Shown: positions 19,883 to 28,385 of the stretch, piece by piece
How positions within the stretch are numbered: the first letter of the stretch is position 1
Layout: each line of letters starts with the position of its first letter
Assembly (NCBI RefSeq): GCF_025021925.1
Contig: NZ_CP092368.1
Location: 150,001 to 182,000 of the forward strand
DNA: 32,000 nucleotides
From: Candidatus Saccharimonadota bacterium
Lineage (GTDB): Bacteria; Pseudomonadota; Alphaproteobacteria; Rickettsiales; Anaplasmataceae
Reading direction: 5' to 3'
Translations under genes and position numbers: made by a program
The notes under the pieces: generated by a model
The model's input: the letters and a program-made list of their open reading frames with translations, nothing else
Told to the model about the DNA's origin: nothing
Databases searched by the model: none

Positions 19883-20675
19883 AATACTTACTCAGGATTT
19901 TTTTATTATAAGTATGATTGCAATCATACTTATTAGTGCAGTAACAGGAGCATTAGGATCATTTATGATATGGCAAAGATTATCTTATTTAGGGGATAGT
20001 CTTTCTCATTCTTCATTATTAGGTACTGCAATTGCCTTAATTTTTAATATCAGCGCATCATTAAGTATTATATTAATTGCTATTACATTTGCAATATTAC
20101 TCTCTATAAACTTTTATAAATTATATTCTATAGATACAATCTTAAATATTACGACTAATGTAATTTTATCACTTAGTTTAGTACTTATGGCATGTTTACC
20201 ATCAGGTGGACATAGCATTATGAATTCTTTGTTTGGTGATATTTTAACATTAAATACAAATGATATCATGTTAATTTTTATAGTTTCTATAGTAGTTGCT
20301 TTAGTCTTGACATTGAGATGGCGTCATTGGTTAATCATTTCAATGAATCCAGAATTAGCAGTAGTAGAAAAGATTAACACTAATTTTGTAAGATTAGAAT
20401 TCTTAGTGACTCTTGCTATCTTCATAGCAATTTCTGCTCAATTAATAGGAGTATTACTAATTGCTGCATTTTTATTAATTCCTGCAGCATCTGCAAGATT
20501 AATTGCAAAGACTCCAATACAAATGATTATTATTGCAACAATCTTTTCTATAATATCTGGCGTATCAGGATTAATATTATCTGCAAGTTTTGATTTATTT
20601 ACTGGCCCAGCTATTATTCTTGCTTCAGCATCATACTTAATAATTGCTTATTTTATACGATTGATATTAAAATAA
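19875..20675 (+). CDS. znuB: ABC-3 family metal (zinc/manganese) transporter permease, ZnuB-like
   Basis: 266 aa, polytopic and hydrophobic. ..GALGSFMIWQRLSYLGDSLSHSSLLGTAIA.. matches the ZnuB signature region. The ATG lies within ATGCTTGA, overlapping the upstream stop. No znuA or znuC nearby. Confidence 0.8.
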   Translation: MLEILTQDFFIISMIAIILISAVTGALGSFMIWQRLSYLGDSLSHSSLLGTAIALIFNISASLSIILIAITFAILLSINFYKLYSIDTILNITTNVILSLSLVLMACLPSGGHSIMNSLFGDILTLNTNDIMLIFIVSIVVALVLTLRWRHWLIISMNPELAVVEKINTNFVRLEFLVTLAIFIAISAQLIGVLLIAAFLLIPAASARLIAKTPIQMIIIATIFSIISGVSGLILSASFDLFTGPAIILASASYLIIAYFIRLILK

Positions 20676-20795
20676 AGTCTTCTAATGCACTAGAAACAGT
20701 GTAATTCTGTTAAATTCAATATATGAAGAACAATATATACGGGACTTTTAATAAAATTTTATAACATAAAAATCATAATATTTAATTTATTTCAA

Positions 20796-21797
20796 ATGAA
20801 AATTATATCATCTCAATTGAGGAAAGTATTATATCAGCCTGATGCAATAAGAGGAATAATGATTTATGGTAGTAATAAAAGTCTTATTGATTGTTATATA
20901 CATCAAATTACTTCGTCTCTGAAAGAGTATTCGATACAAGTGATGGATTTTACAATCATCAATAAAACACCTAGTGTGCTATTATCTACGATAAGAAATA
21001 AATCTATATTTACTCAAAAAAAAATAATTAAACTCATCAATGTTAAAGGAGAAATATCTACAGAGTTAAAAAGCGTTTTAGAGTATAACATAGGTGATGA
21101 TTATCTTATATTTGTAGCATATGATTTAGCATATCATGCAAAAATTAAAAGTTATATGGAAGATTCAAAAATTTTTGGTATCTTGAATGTGTCTAAAAAT
21201 CAAAATAATAATATTTGTGATATCATTGCAGTTTTCTTAAAGCAAAATGATATACAATATACGAACATGATACTTAATCACTTAGTATCGTACTTTAATA
21301 ATCATGATCTTTCTATATACTCTGAACTTGAGAAATTAGTATTATATTTAGGAGATCAAAAAGACTTAAATTTACTTGACATAGAATCATGTTTTTTATC
21401 CTACTATAATCAATACAGCAATCTTAATCATCTATTTTCTGCTATCGCAACAAGAGATATCAGTAGATTACTTATAGTAACCAATACATTAGTACAACAA
21501 GCTCATCTTTCGCCTATGATACTCACCAGAGTGATCTCAAATTATTTCTTATATATTGAAAATATGTTGCTATTAATGCAATCTGGTATGAATGCATATG
21601 ATGCTAGTCGATATATGATACTTAAATTGCATTATAAATATGCATGGAATCTTAGAGCACATATTAAAAATTTTCAATTATCAGAAGTGAAATGGATTGT
21701 GGCAAAATTAATCAATTTAGAAATTCTTTATAAGAATACATCTTTGGAACATCATATATTGTTTCAACAAGCAATGAATTTTCTTTTTGATATATAA
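20796..21797 (+). CDS. holA: DNA polymerase III subunit delta
   Basis: 333 aa. The length and block order are colinear with E. coli HolA as recalled (N-terminal ..IRGIMIYGSN..L, ..LSIYSELEKLVLYLGD.., ..LFSAIATRDISRLLIV...L.QQ..SPMILTRVISNYF). Divergent. Confidence 0.65.
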   Translation: MKIISSQLRKVLYQPDAIRGIMIYGSNKSLIDCYIHQITSSLKEYSIQVMDFTIINKTPSVLLSTIRNKSIFTQKKIIKLINVKGEISTELKSVLEYNIGDDYLIFVAYDLAYHAKIKSYMEDSKIFGILNVSKNQNNNICDIIAVFLKQNDIQYTNMILNHLVSYFNNHDLSIYSELEKLVLYLGDQKDLNLLDIESCFLSYYNQYSNLNHLFSAIATRDISRLLIVTNTLVQQAHLSPMILTRVISNYFLYIENMLLLMQSGMNAYDASRYMILKLHYKYAWNLRAHIKNFQLSEVKWIVAKLINLEILYKNTSLEHHILFQQAMNFLFDI

Positions 21798-22182
21798 TAG
21801 CAGTGACAAAATATTTATTTTTAATGAATATCACTAGCTTACTGTTCTTGAACTCACAATGAGTATCAGATAAAATATAATATGTATATCTATAAAGAAA
21901 GATTATGCAGTTATTAAACTATTAATGATATATCTTAAAAACTTAAGAGATTCTACAGATTAAGAGTAATATATTATATACTACATCTAATAGATGATTA
22001 ATATATAATATTGAGATTTTATAAATATGTTGTATATTTGTAATAGATCAACAGAACATGATCACAATTTTGCTAAAATCATAACATGATGTTAATTAAT
22101 CATTACAAATGTATAGAGTTACATTATAAAGCAATCAATACATTCCAATTGAGAATCAAAGATACAATTCATCAAGATCATC

Positions 22183-23001
22183 ATGATACAAAGAGAAGAA
22201 AGCTGTACTACTTTCAAAGAAAATACAATTGCAGAGTATAATATGAGCTGTATACACGCTGCTGTGAAAAACCTTAGTTTATGGTACGGTATTCAGCAAG
22301 TATTATTTGATATTAATTTGAATATTTATAAGCAAGAAGTAACAACGTTCATTGGACCATCAGGATGCGGTAAATCAACATTTTTACGTTGCTTTAATCG
22401 CATGAATGACTATGTCCCAGAACATAAAGCTGTTGGTGTATTAGATATAGATGGTTTAGGTGATATATACTCAAATAATATGGATGTTGTATTATTAAGA
22501 GCAAAAGTAGGTATGGTCTTTCAAAAACCTAATCCCTTTCCAAAATCAATATATGATAATGTTGCTTATGGACCAAAATTGCATAATATGGTCAAGAATA
22601 CGAGAACATTAAGTGAAATAGTGGAAAATAGCTTAATCAAAGTAGGGTTATGGGCAGAACTAAAAGACAGATTAAAAGATAGCGCACTAAATTTATCTGG
22701 TGGACAACAACAAAGATTATGTATTGCCCGAGCAATTGCAGTACAGCCAGATATTTTATTGATGGATGAACCATGTTCTGCTCTTGATCCAGTTGCTACT
22801 AATGCAATTGAAAGTCTTGTACAAGAGTTAAAATTAAGATTTACCATTATTATGGTGACTCATTCAATGAAACAAGCTAAAAAGCTTTCTGATAATATTA
22901 TTTTTTTTTATAATGGAAAAATTATTGAATCTGGTAGTACTCAAGAACTTTTTCAAAATGCTCGATCGTCTTTAACAAGAGAATATATTTTAGATCATTA
23001 G
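22183..23001 (+). CDS. pstB: Phosphate ABC transporter ATP-binding protein PstB
   Basis: Walker A GPSGCGKSTFLRCFNRMND, LRAKVGMVFQKPNPFPKSIYDNVAYG (PstB-specific block), signature LSGGQQQRLCIARA, Walker B LLMDEPCSALD. The start could instead be ATG 22243, which aligns better with E. coli. No pstS, pstC, pstA or phoU adjacent. Confidence 0.93.
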   Translation: MIQREESCTTFKENTIAEYNMSCIHAAVKNLSLWYGIQQVLFDINLNIYKQEVTTFIGPSGCGKSTFLRCFNRMNDYVPEHKAVGVLDIDGLGDIYSNNMDVVLLRAKVGMVFQKPNPFPKSIYDNVAYGPKLHNMVKNTRTLSEIVENSLIKVGLWAELKDRLKDSALNLSGGQQQRLCIARAIAVQPDILLMDEPCSALDPVATNAIESLVQELKLRFTIIMVTHSMKQAKKLSDNIIFFYNGKIIESGSTQELFQNARSSLTREYILDH

Positions 23002-23586
23002 TATAAAATTTTGAATCGCAATTGTTATGTTTTTTTTCATTCCTCCTTATTGATATATAGAATAAATGAATTCATAGACATGTAATATATCACACAATCT
23101 CAGTATATATCTCATAAGATTTCAAGATGACAGATCTACTATTCAGCTATTCAGCTTAATTTCTTCTTGAATTATTTTTGTATTATGACGTAATGGAAAA
23201 TATTCAAGCATTTTGTCATAAAATGATCTTATAAAACAGTCTCCTGATACCTGATATTATAAGAATATATAGTGCAATTCAGTCAATTTTTTATCGATAT
23301 CATAAGTTACGCAAGCGAACCAAATATTATATAGTACAATGCATCTCTCTCTATAAGCATAATAAAACAAAGCTTTCATCTATATGATATAATAAAAGTG
23401 TCAACGCGATAGATTGTTATGTAGACTAATTAAATCGTGATAGTTATATTCTCTCAATGACATATTTTTGTCAATATAACAAACAATTATAAGTGCATTG
23501 AACAATGCATAGTCTTAAACATGTGTATGATAATAATCAATTGATTCAAAGTAATATATGAGATTACTCCCTCTCGTTTTATTATT

Positions 23587-23622
23587 CTATAATATTAATA
23601 TCTATAATAATTAATATTATAG
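23587..23622. repeat. Perfect 13-bp inverted repeat (CTATAATATTAAT-10 nt-ATTAATATTATAG)
   Basis: Read directly: arms at 23587-23599 and 23610-23622, spacer ATCTATAATA. It lies 127 nt upstream of the hemF ATG, inside the 747-bp ORF-free spacer. Function unknown. Confidence 0.8.
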
Positions 23623-23748
23623 TACAGATATTCAAATCAAGAATATGTCTTAATTCAGTAAAAATCTCTTTTACTAATTGCAAGAATACAATAGTTTTAT
23701 TCCCTATTAGTATAATTAATGATATACTTTAGATAAATAAGTATATAA

Positions 23749-24588
23749 ATGGGTATAGTAATGATTCAACAACAAAAAACACAAGCATTTAATTGGTTTT
23801 GTACTCTCAGAGATAAAATTGTAGAAGCTTTTTGCTTAATTGAAAAACAGTCATCTAAAGATCCTAAAATAGAAACAAGACAATGGGAGCGTCCAGGTGG
23901 AGGGGGAGGTGAATCAACTGTAATTTATGGTAATGTATTTGAAAAAGTAGGAATTAACGTCTCAAAAGTATATGGAACATTTGGACACTTAGTGAGAAAG
24001 GAAATTCCAGGTGCAAATGAAAGTAACGGAGAATTTTGGGCAAGTGGTATATCGTTAGTCTCGCATATGCAATCACCTCTTATTCCTGCAGCACATATGA
24101 ATACAAGATTAATATATACTGCTAATCAATGGTTTGGAGGAGGAATGGATTTTACTCCAATATATCCAAATATTGAAGAGTCTAATTACATTCATACAGC
24201 AATTAAGAATCAATGCGATACATTTGATAAGAATTATTATCCTCAGTTTAAAGAACAGTGCGATCAATACTTTTTTTTACCACATAGGAAAGAATCTCGT
24301 GGCATTGGTGGCATTTTTTATGATAATTTTAATTCCGGTAATTGGACACATGATTTTCAGTTTACACAATCAGTAGGAGAAATTTTTTTAAAAATTTACT
24401 CGCATATTATATATAAAAATATGCATCAGGTATGGACACAAAAGCAACGAGAAGATCAAATAATAAAACGTGGTAGATACGTAGAATTTAATCTTTTATA
24501 TGATCGTGGTACAAAGTTTGGTTTAATGACTGAAGGAGATCCAGATGCAATAATGATGTCACTTCCTCCACTTGTAAAATGGATATAA
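23749..24588 (+). CDS. hemF: Oxygen-dependent coproporphyrinogen-III oxidase
   Basis: 279 aa. W.RPGGGGGES.V..G.VFEK.GVN.S.V.G, SLVSHM.SP..PAAHMNTR, GGG.D.TP, RGIGGIFYD, RGRYVEFNLLYDRGTKFGL. Confidence 0.93.
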   Translation: MGIVMIQQQKTQAFNWFCTLRDKIVEAFCLIEKQSSKDPKIETRQWERPGGGGGESTVIYGNVFEKVGINVSKVYGTFGHLVRKEIPGANESNGEFWASGISLVSHMQSPLIPAAHMNTRLIYTANQWFGGGMDFTPIYPNIEESNYIHTAIKNQCDTFDKNYYPQFKEQCDQYFFLPHRKESRGIGGIFYDNFNSGNWTHDFQFTQSVGEIFLKIYSHIIYKNMHQVWTQKQREDQIIKRGRYVEFNLLYDRGTKFGLMTEGDPDAIMMSLPPLVKWI

Positions 24589-24601
24589 AATGTGATCAAA
24601 A

Positions 24602-24635
24602 AAAATCACAAGATATAAAAATGATGTGTGATTTT
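24602..24635 (+). terminator. Possible weak intrinsic terminator after hemF
   Basis: AAAATCACA-16 nt-TGTGATTTT (core ATCACA/TGTGAT plus A-tract/T-tract), starting 14 nt after the hemF stop. The stem is AT-rich and the loop is long, so predicted stability is poor. Confidence 0.2.
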
Positions 24636-24809
24636 CTATCTAAGATAGAACTCTATCAATAATTTTCAACAAGAAAACATATCTTAATGTTCTTATACAT
24701 GTGATGATTATTAACTCTGAAAACGCATGAATATTATGAGATAGAAGATGTAAGAAGAGTCTTCTATACAAGTCCTTGTTTATTTATACAAGTGATTCCA
24801 ATAATTGCA

Positions 24810-24837
24810 TTGACTTAATGTATACAATAAATATAAC
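24810..24837 (+). promoter_or_regulatory. Candidate sigma70-type promoter for tRNA-Glu (TTGACT-16 nt-TATAAC)
   Basis: -35 TTGACT at 24810-24815, a 16-nt spacer and -10 TATAAC at 24832-24837. The mature tRNA 5' end is 15 nt downstream of the -10, implying a short leader. Confidence 0.35.
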
Positions 24838-24852
24838 TTACTTATTTAAACT

Positions 24853-24924
24853 GACTCTTTCGTCTAGTGGTTAGGACATCACCCTTTCAAGGTGGCAACA
24901 CGGGTTCAAATCCCGTAAGAGTCA
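24853..24924 (+). tRNA. tRNA-Glu (anticodon UUC)
   Basis: Acceptor GACTCTT/AAGAGTC, D-region TCGTCTAGTGGTTAGGACA, anticodon stem CACC/GGTG with loop CTTTCAA, T-arm ACGGG-TTCAAAT-CCCGT, discriminator A. CCA is not encoded. Colinear with E. coli tRNA-Glu. Confidence 0.9.
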
Positions 24925-24956
24925 TTCTCTATACTGCAGATCAATACTAGAGAATA

Positions 24957-25661
24957 ATGAAAAAATATACTAGATTATATATTCAACAAAACCTATCACA
25001 AGGTCTTAATATAGAACTTAATAGACAACAAAGTCATTATATTAGTAATGTGATACATCTAGTAAAGCATAATTATATATTACTTTTTAATGGACAAGAT
25101 GGAGAATGGTTGGGAGAAATCATACATATTTCATCACATAAGCTAGTCTCTATCTCTCTTAAACATAATACTCAGCCTCAATATGAGGAAAAAAAAATAT
25201 ATTTATATTGTGCAATAGTTAAAAATACAGCATTAAATAATATAGTGAGACAGGCTACTGAAATGGGAGTGACTTCTATTCAATTCCTTTGGACAGAAAG
25301 AACAATCATGAAGACTCTGAATCTTAATAGAATTATTTCTCAAGTTATTGCAGCATCAGCACAATCTGGAAGAATGAGTATACCGAACATTTATTCTCCT
25401 ATTGATTTTTATGATTTACATGATCATCATAATAGATATTTCTACTTATGTGATTATACAATGTCCTGTCTCGATATAAAAACAGAAATACAATATAATA
25501 AAAATATTGCTATTATTATTGGTCCTGAAGGAGGCTTTTCATCTTCTGAACTTTCATTTGCAAGCAAATTTTGTCAAAAATTAAACTTAGGACGAAGAAT
25601 TTTAAGAGTAGATACCGCAGTAATTGCTGCACTTTCTTTAGTGAATTATGAATATATATGA
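24957..25661 (+). CDS. rsmE: 16S rRNA (uracil1498-N3)-methyltransferase RsmE
   Basis: 234 aa. N-terminal PUA-like R.Y......G..I.L...QSHYI.NV, then IIGPEGGFSSSEL and LGRRILRVDTAVIAALS. Confidence 0.85.
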   Translation: MKKYTRLYIQQNLSQGLNIELNRQQSHYISNVIHLVKHNYILLFNGQDGEWLGEIIHISSHKLVSISLKHNTQPQYEEKKIYLYCAIVKNTALNNIVRQATEMGVTSIQFLWTERTIMKTLNLNRIISQVIAASAQSGRMSIPNIYSPIDFYDLHDHHNRYFYLCDYTMSCLDIKTEIQYNKNIAIIIGPEGGFSSSELSFASKFCQKLNLGRRILRVDTAVIAALSLVNYEYI

Positions 25662-25762
25662 ATGATGATGCGTCCTTTCTTTATATATTATCCTCGGTAT
25701 TCTCTTTGCCTGATTTAAGGCTTCTTAATATATCAGTAGTTAGTGCAAAAACCATAAAAATT

Positions 25763-26989
25763 TTAGTGACCATCCCATTTTACAGTACTAAGATCTATGC
25801 CCTCCTGTACCATTTCTAAAAGAGGACTCATATCTCTTAATCTTCCTACATTCTTTGTGATCAGATGAGCAGCATATAATATTTCTTCTTTAGTGGTAAA
25901 ACGTCCTAATCCAAATCTGATAGATGAATGTTCAAGATCATATCCATTATTAAGTGCTCTAATGACATATGATGGCTCTAAAGATGAAGATGTACATGCA
26001 GAACCAGAACTAACTGCTAAATCTTTAATTGCCATAATTAATGATTCACCTTCAACATAAGGAAAGCTTAAGTTTAAATTACCTGGAATTCTGTTCTCTT
26101 GATCTCCATTGAGTACTACATCCGGAAATGAAGTCTTTATTTGTTGATATAAAAGATGACTTAACTCTTGTATTCTATATGATTCTTCTTGCATATCTTG
26201 TTGAGTGATGCGTGCAGCTTCACCAAAACCTACTACAAGAGGAGTGGGTAATGTACCAGAACGCATTCCTCGTTCTTGTCCTCCACCATTAATTAATGGA
26301 GTTAAGCGTACTCGTGGTTTTCTACGTACATATAATGCTCCTATTCCCATAGGTCCATAAATCTTATGACTTGAAATACTCATCAGATCAATATTCATGT
26401 CGTTGACATTTATTGGAATCTTTCCAAAAGCTTGAGCTGCATCTGTATGAAATAATACATTCTTATTTTTACATATTAACCCTATTTCTTTTACAGGTTG
26501 AATCACACCTATCTCATTATTTACCATCATGATTGATACTAAAATCGTATTATTAGTGATGATCTCATCCAATGCTAGTAAATCAATCAGACCATTTTTT
26601 TGAACAGGTAAATATGTAACTTTAAAATCTTCATTTTCTAAACTCCTACAAGAATCTAATACACACTTATGTTCTGTACATACAGTGATAATATGCTGAC
26701 CTTTATTTCTATAAAAATGCGCAATACCTTTAATTGCCATATTATTTGATTCAGTAGCACCAGAGGTAAAGATAATTTCCTTACTATCTGCATGTATTAA
26801 ATCAGCAATATACTTTCTGGATTTTTCTACACCTCTTTCGGCATTCCATCCAAAAGAATGGCTACGAGAGTGTGAATTACTAAATTGATTAAAATAAGGT
26901 ATCATTACTTCTAATACACGAGGATCTACTCTAGTAGTAGCTTGATAATCTAGAAATATAGGCAATGTGACTTTCTTATTATATTCCAT
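25763..26989 (-). CDS. iscS: Cysteine desulfurase IscS
   Basis: [30 protein letters not shown]-lysine [22 protein letters not shown], active-site loop [17 protein letters not shown] place the start at ATG 26989, which aligns with the E. coli N-terminus. The ORF stays open to ATG 27052, 21 codons further. Confidence 0.9.
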   Translation of the reverse strand: MEYNKKVTLPIFLDYQATTRVDPRVLEVMIPYFNQFSNSHSRSHSFGWNAERGVEKSRKYIADLIHADSKEIIFTSGATESNNMAIKGIAHFYRNKGQHIITVCTEHKCVLDSCRSLENEDFKVTYLPVQKNGLIDLLALDEIITNNTILVSIMMVNNEIGVIQPVKEIGLICKNKNVLFHTDAAQAFGKIPINVNDMNIDLMSISSHKIYGPMGIGALYVRRKPRVRLTPLINGGGQERGMRSGTLPTPLVVGFGEAARITQQDMQEESYRIQELSHLLYQQIKTSFPDVVLNGDQENRIPGNLNLSFPYVEGESLIMAIKDLAVSSGSACTSSSLEPSYVIRALNNGYDLEHSSIRFGLGRFTTKEEILYAAHLITKNVGRLRDMSPLLEMVQEGIDLSTVKWDGH

Positions 26990-27079
26990 TTTGCATCTCA
27001 TGTTCATAAAACTATTATTGGAAATATATCTATAATCATGACCTAATAACATGATTAATCAAGCTGTTCAAGATATTAT

Positions 27080-28234
27080 TCAAATATAAACATGTCTTTT
27101 ATGATAAAGATTATACCAGCATGATTCTATCTTCTTGATATCCTGCATGCTTGTATCTGGTCCTATACTAATTCTTATAGCGCATTCTGCTTCTGTATGT
27201 GTGATTCCCATTGCAAGGAGTACTTGTGATGCTTCTATTTTTCCAGAAGAACATGCAGAACCATTACTTACTGCAATATTATTAAGATCAAAATACATCA
27301 TTTGAATATCATTTTTGACACCTGGCATATATATAAAACTTGTATTTGGTAGTCTTTTAGAGTTTTTACTAAATATTTTGATCTTGCTATCATAACTTAA
27401 GACTTGCGTTTCTAGATGATCACGTAATATTTTAATTGTATGCATTCTTGATAGCAATTCTGGAATATCATCTAACGCAGTAGAGAGACCTGTAATAGCA
27501 ATTACATTCTCTGTACCTCCACGTATACCTCTTTCTTGTTGACCACCTATTATGATAGGTTTGATCGCAATATTTTTATTAAAAATAAGTACCCCAGTTC
27601 CTAATATACCACCAAATTTATGCGAAGAGAATGTGAGTAAATCTACTCCTAACTCTTCCATATCTACTTTAATCTTTCCAACGCTTTGCGTAGCATCAGT
27701 ATGACATAGTGCTTGAAATCTATGTGATATTTGTACTATATCACCTATAGGTTGAATAACTCCTGTTTCGTTATTTGCCATCATTACTGATACAATGATT
27801 TTCTTACCTGTTAATTTTATTAAAGTCTTTTCTAATGCTAATAAATCAATCACACCTTCATGATTTACTGGCACAATATGTGGATGATCAGCAGATTCAA
27901 GAATTGAAGGATGTTCTATCGCAGAAATGACTTGATGATGATCTGTTATTCCTTTCATTACCATATTATTTGCTTCAGTTGCACCAGAGGTAAAAATAAT
28001 CTCTTGAGTACTTGATACTCCTAGGACATTACGCACCTTATCTCTTGTATTTTCAAGTATTCTGCGTGCTTCTTGTCCTTTCTTATGTAATGATGATGGA
28101 TTAAGTATGCATTTATATAATGTGTCTATAATATGTTTTTGTACATTTTTGCTAATAGGAGAAGTGGCATTGTAATCAGCATATATATAATTATTCTCTT
28201 TTAAAGACAATAAATTCAACAGTCCGTCTGACAT
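27080..28234 (-). CDS. NifS-like (class V aminotransferase) cysteine desulfurase, second paralogue
   Basis: IYADYNATSP, FTSGATEANN, SSHKFGG (PLP Lys), GGQQERGIRGGTENV, SNGSACSSG (active Cys). The ORF-track start at 28249 is TTG; the first ATG is at 28234. The stop is 27 nt upstream of the longest iscS ORF. Confidence 0.85.
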   Translation of the reverse strand: MSDGLLNLLSLKENNYIYADYNATSPISKNVQKHIIDTLYKCILNPSSLHKKGQEARRILENTRDKVRNVLGVSSTQEIIFTSGATEANNMVMKGITDHHQVISAIEHPSILESADHPHIVPVNHEGVIDLLALEKTLIKLTGKKIIVSVMMANNETGVIQPIGDIVQISHRFQALCHTDATQSVGKIKVDMEELGVDLLTFSSHKFGGILGTGVLIFNKNIAIKPIIIGGQQERGIRGGTENVIAITGLSTALDDIPELLSRMHTIKILRDHLETQVLSYDSKIKIFSKNSKRLPNTSFIYMPGVKNDIQMMYFDLNNIAVSNGSACSSGKIEASQVLLAMGITHTEAECAIRISIGPDTSMQDIKKIESCWYNLYHKRHVYI

Positions 28235-28385
28235 GAGATGATTAATCAATTGTAATTCAATGCATGTGAATTTATCACATAATAAATTTATTGCAATAAA
28301 GTAAATACATGTTTAATAGTAGAGCATATAAGTATATAAGGCATAACATAACCTTATATAGGTGCGAGTTTTATTAGGATTGTGA

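Noticed and set aside
22566-22847. Minus-strand 93-aa ORF inside pstB.
   Set aside because: It lies antisense to a textbook ABC ATPase and has no motifs of its own.
24134-24376. Plus-strand 80-aa ORF inside hemF in another frame.
   Set aside because: It is an overlapping alternative frame of a well-conserved enzyme gene, is Ile/Leu-rich and has no start context.
23749-24924. Adjacency of hemF and tRNA-Glu considered as a functional link, since glutamyl-tRNA is the haem precursor in the C5 pathway.
   Set aside because: Alphaproteobacteria make ALA through ALA synthase (the C4 route), so tRNA-Glu is not a haem precursor there. The tRNA also has its own candidate promoter. This is most likely coincidence.
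28264-28292. ATGTGA-ATTTA-TCACAT inverted repeat and a 12-bp palindrome AATAAATTTATT just upstream of the NifS-like gene, considered as a CRP-like or IscR-like operator.
   Set aside because: The spacing (N5) does not fit the CRP consensus TGTGA-N6-TCACA, and there is no resemblance to the IscR motifs I recall. The arms are only 6 bp in AT-rich DNA, where such IRs are expected by the hundred.
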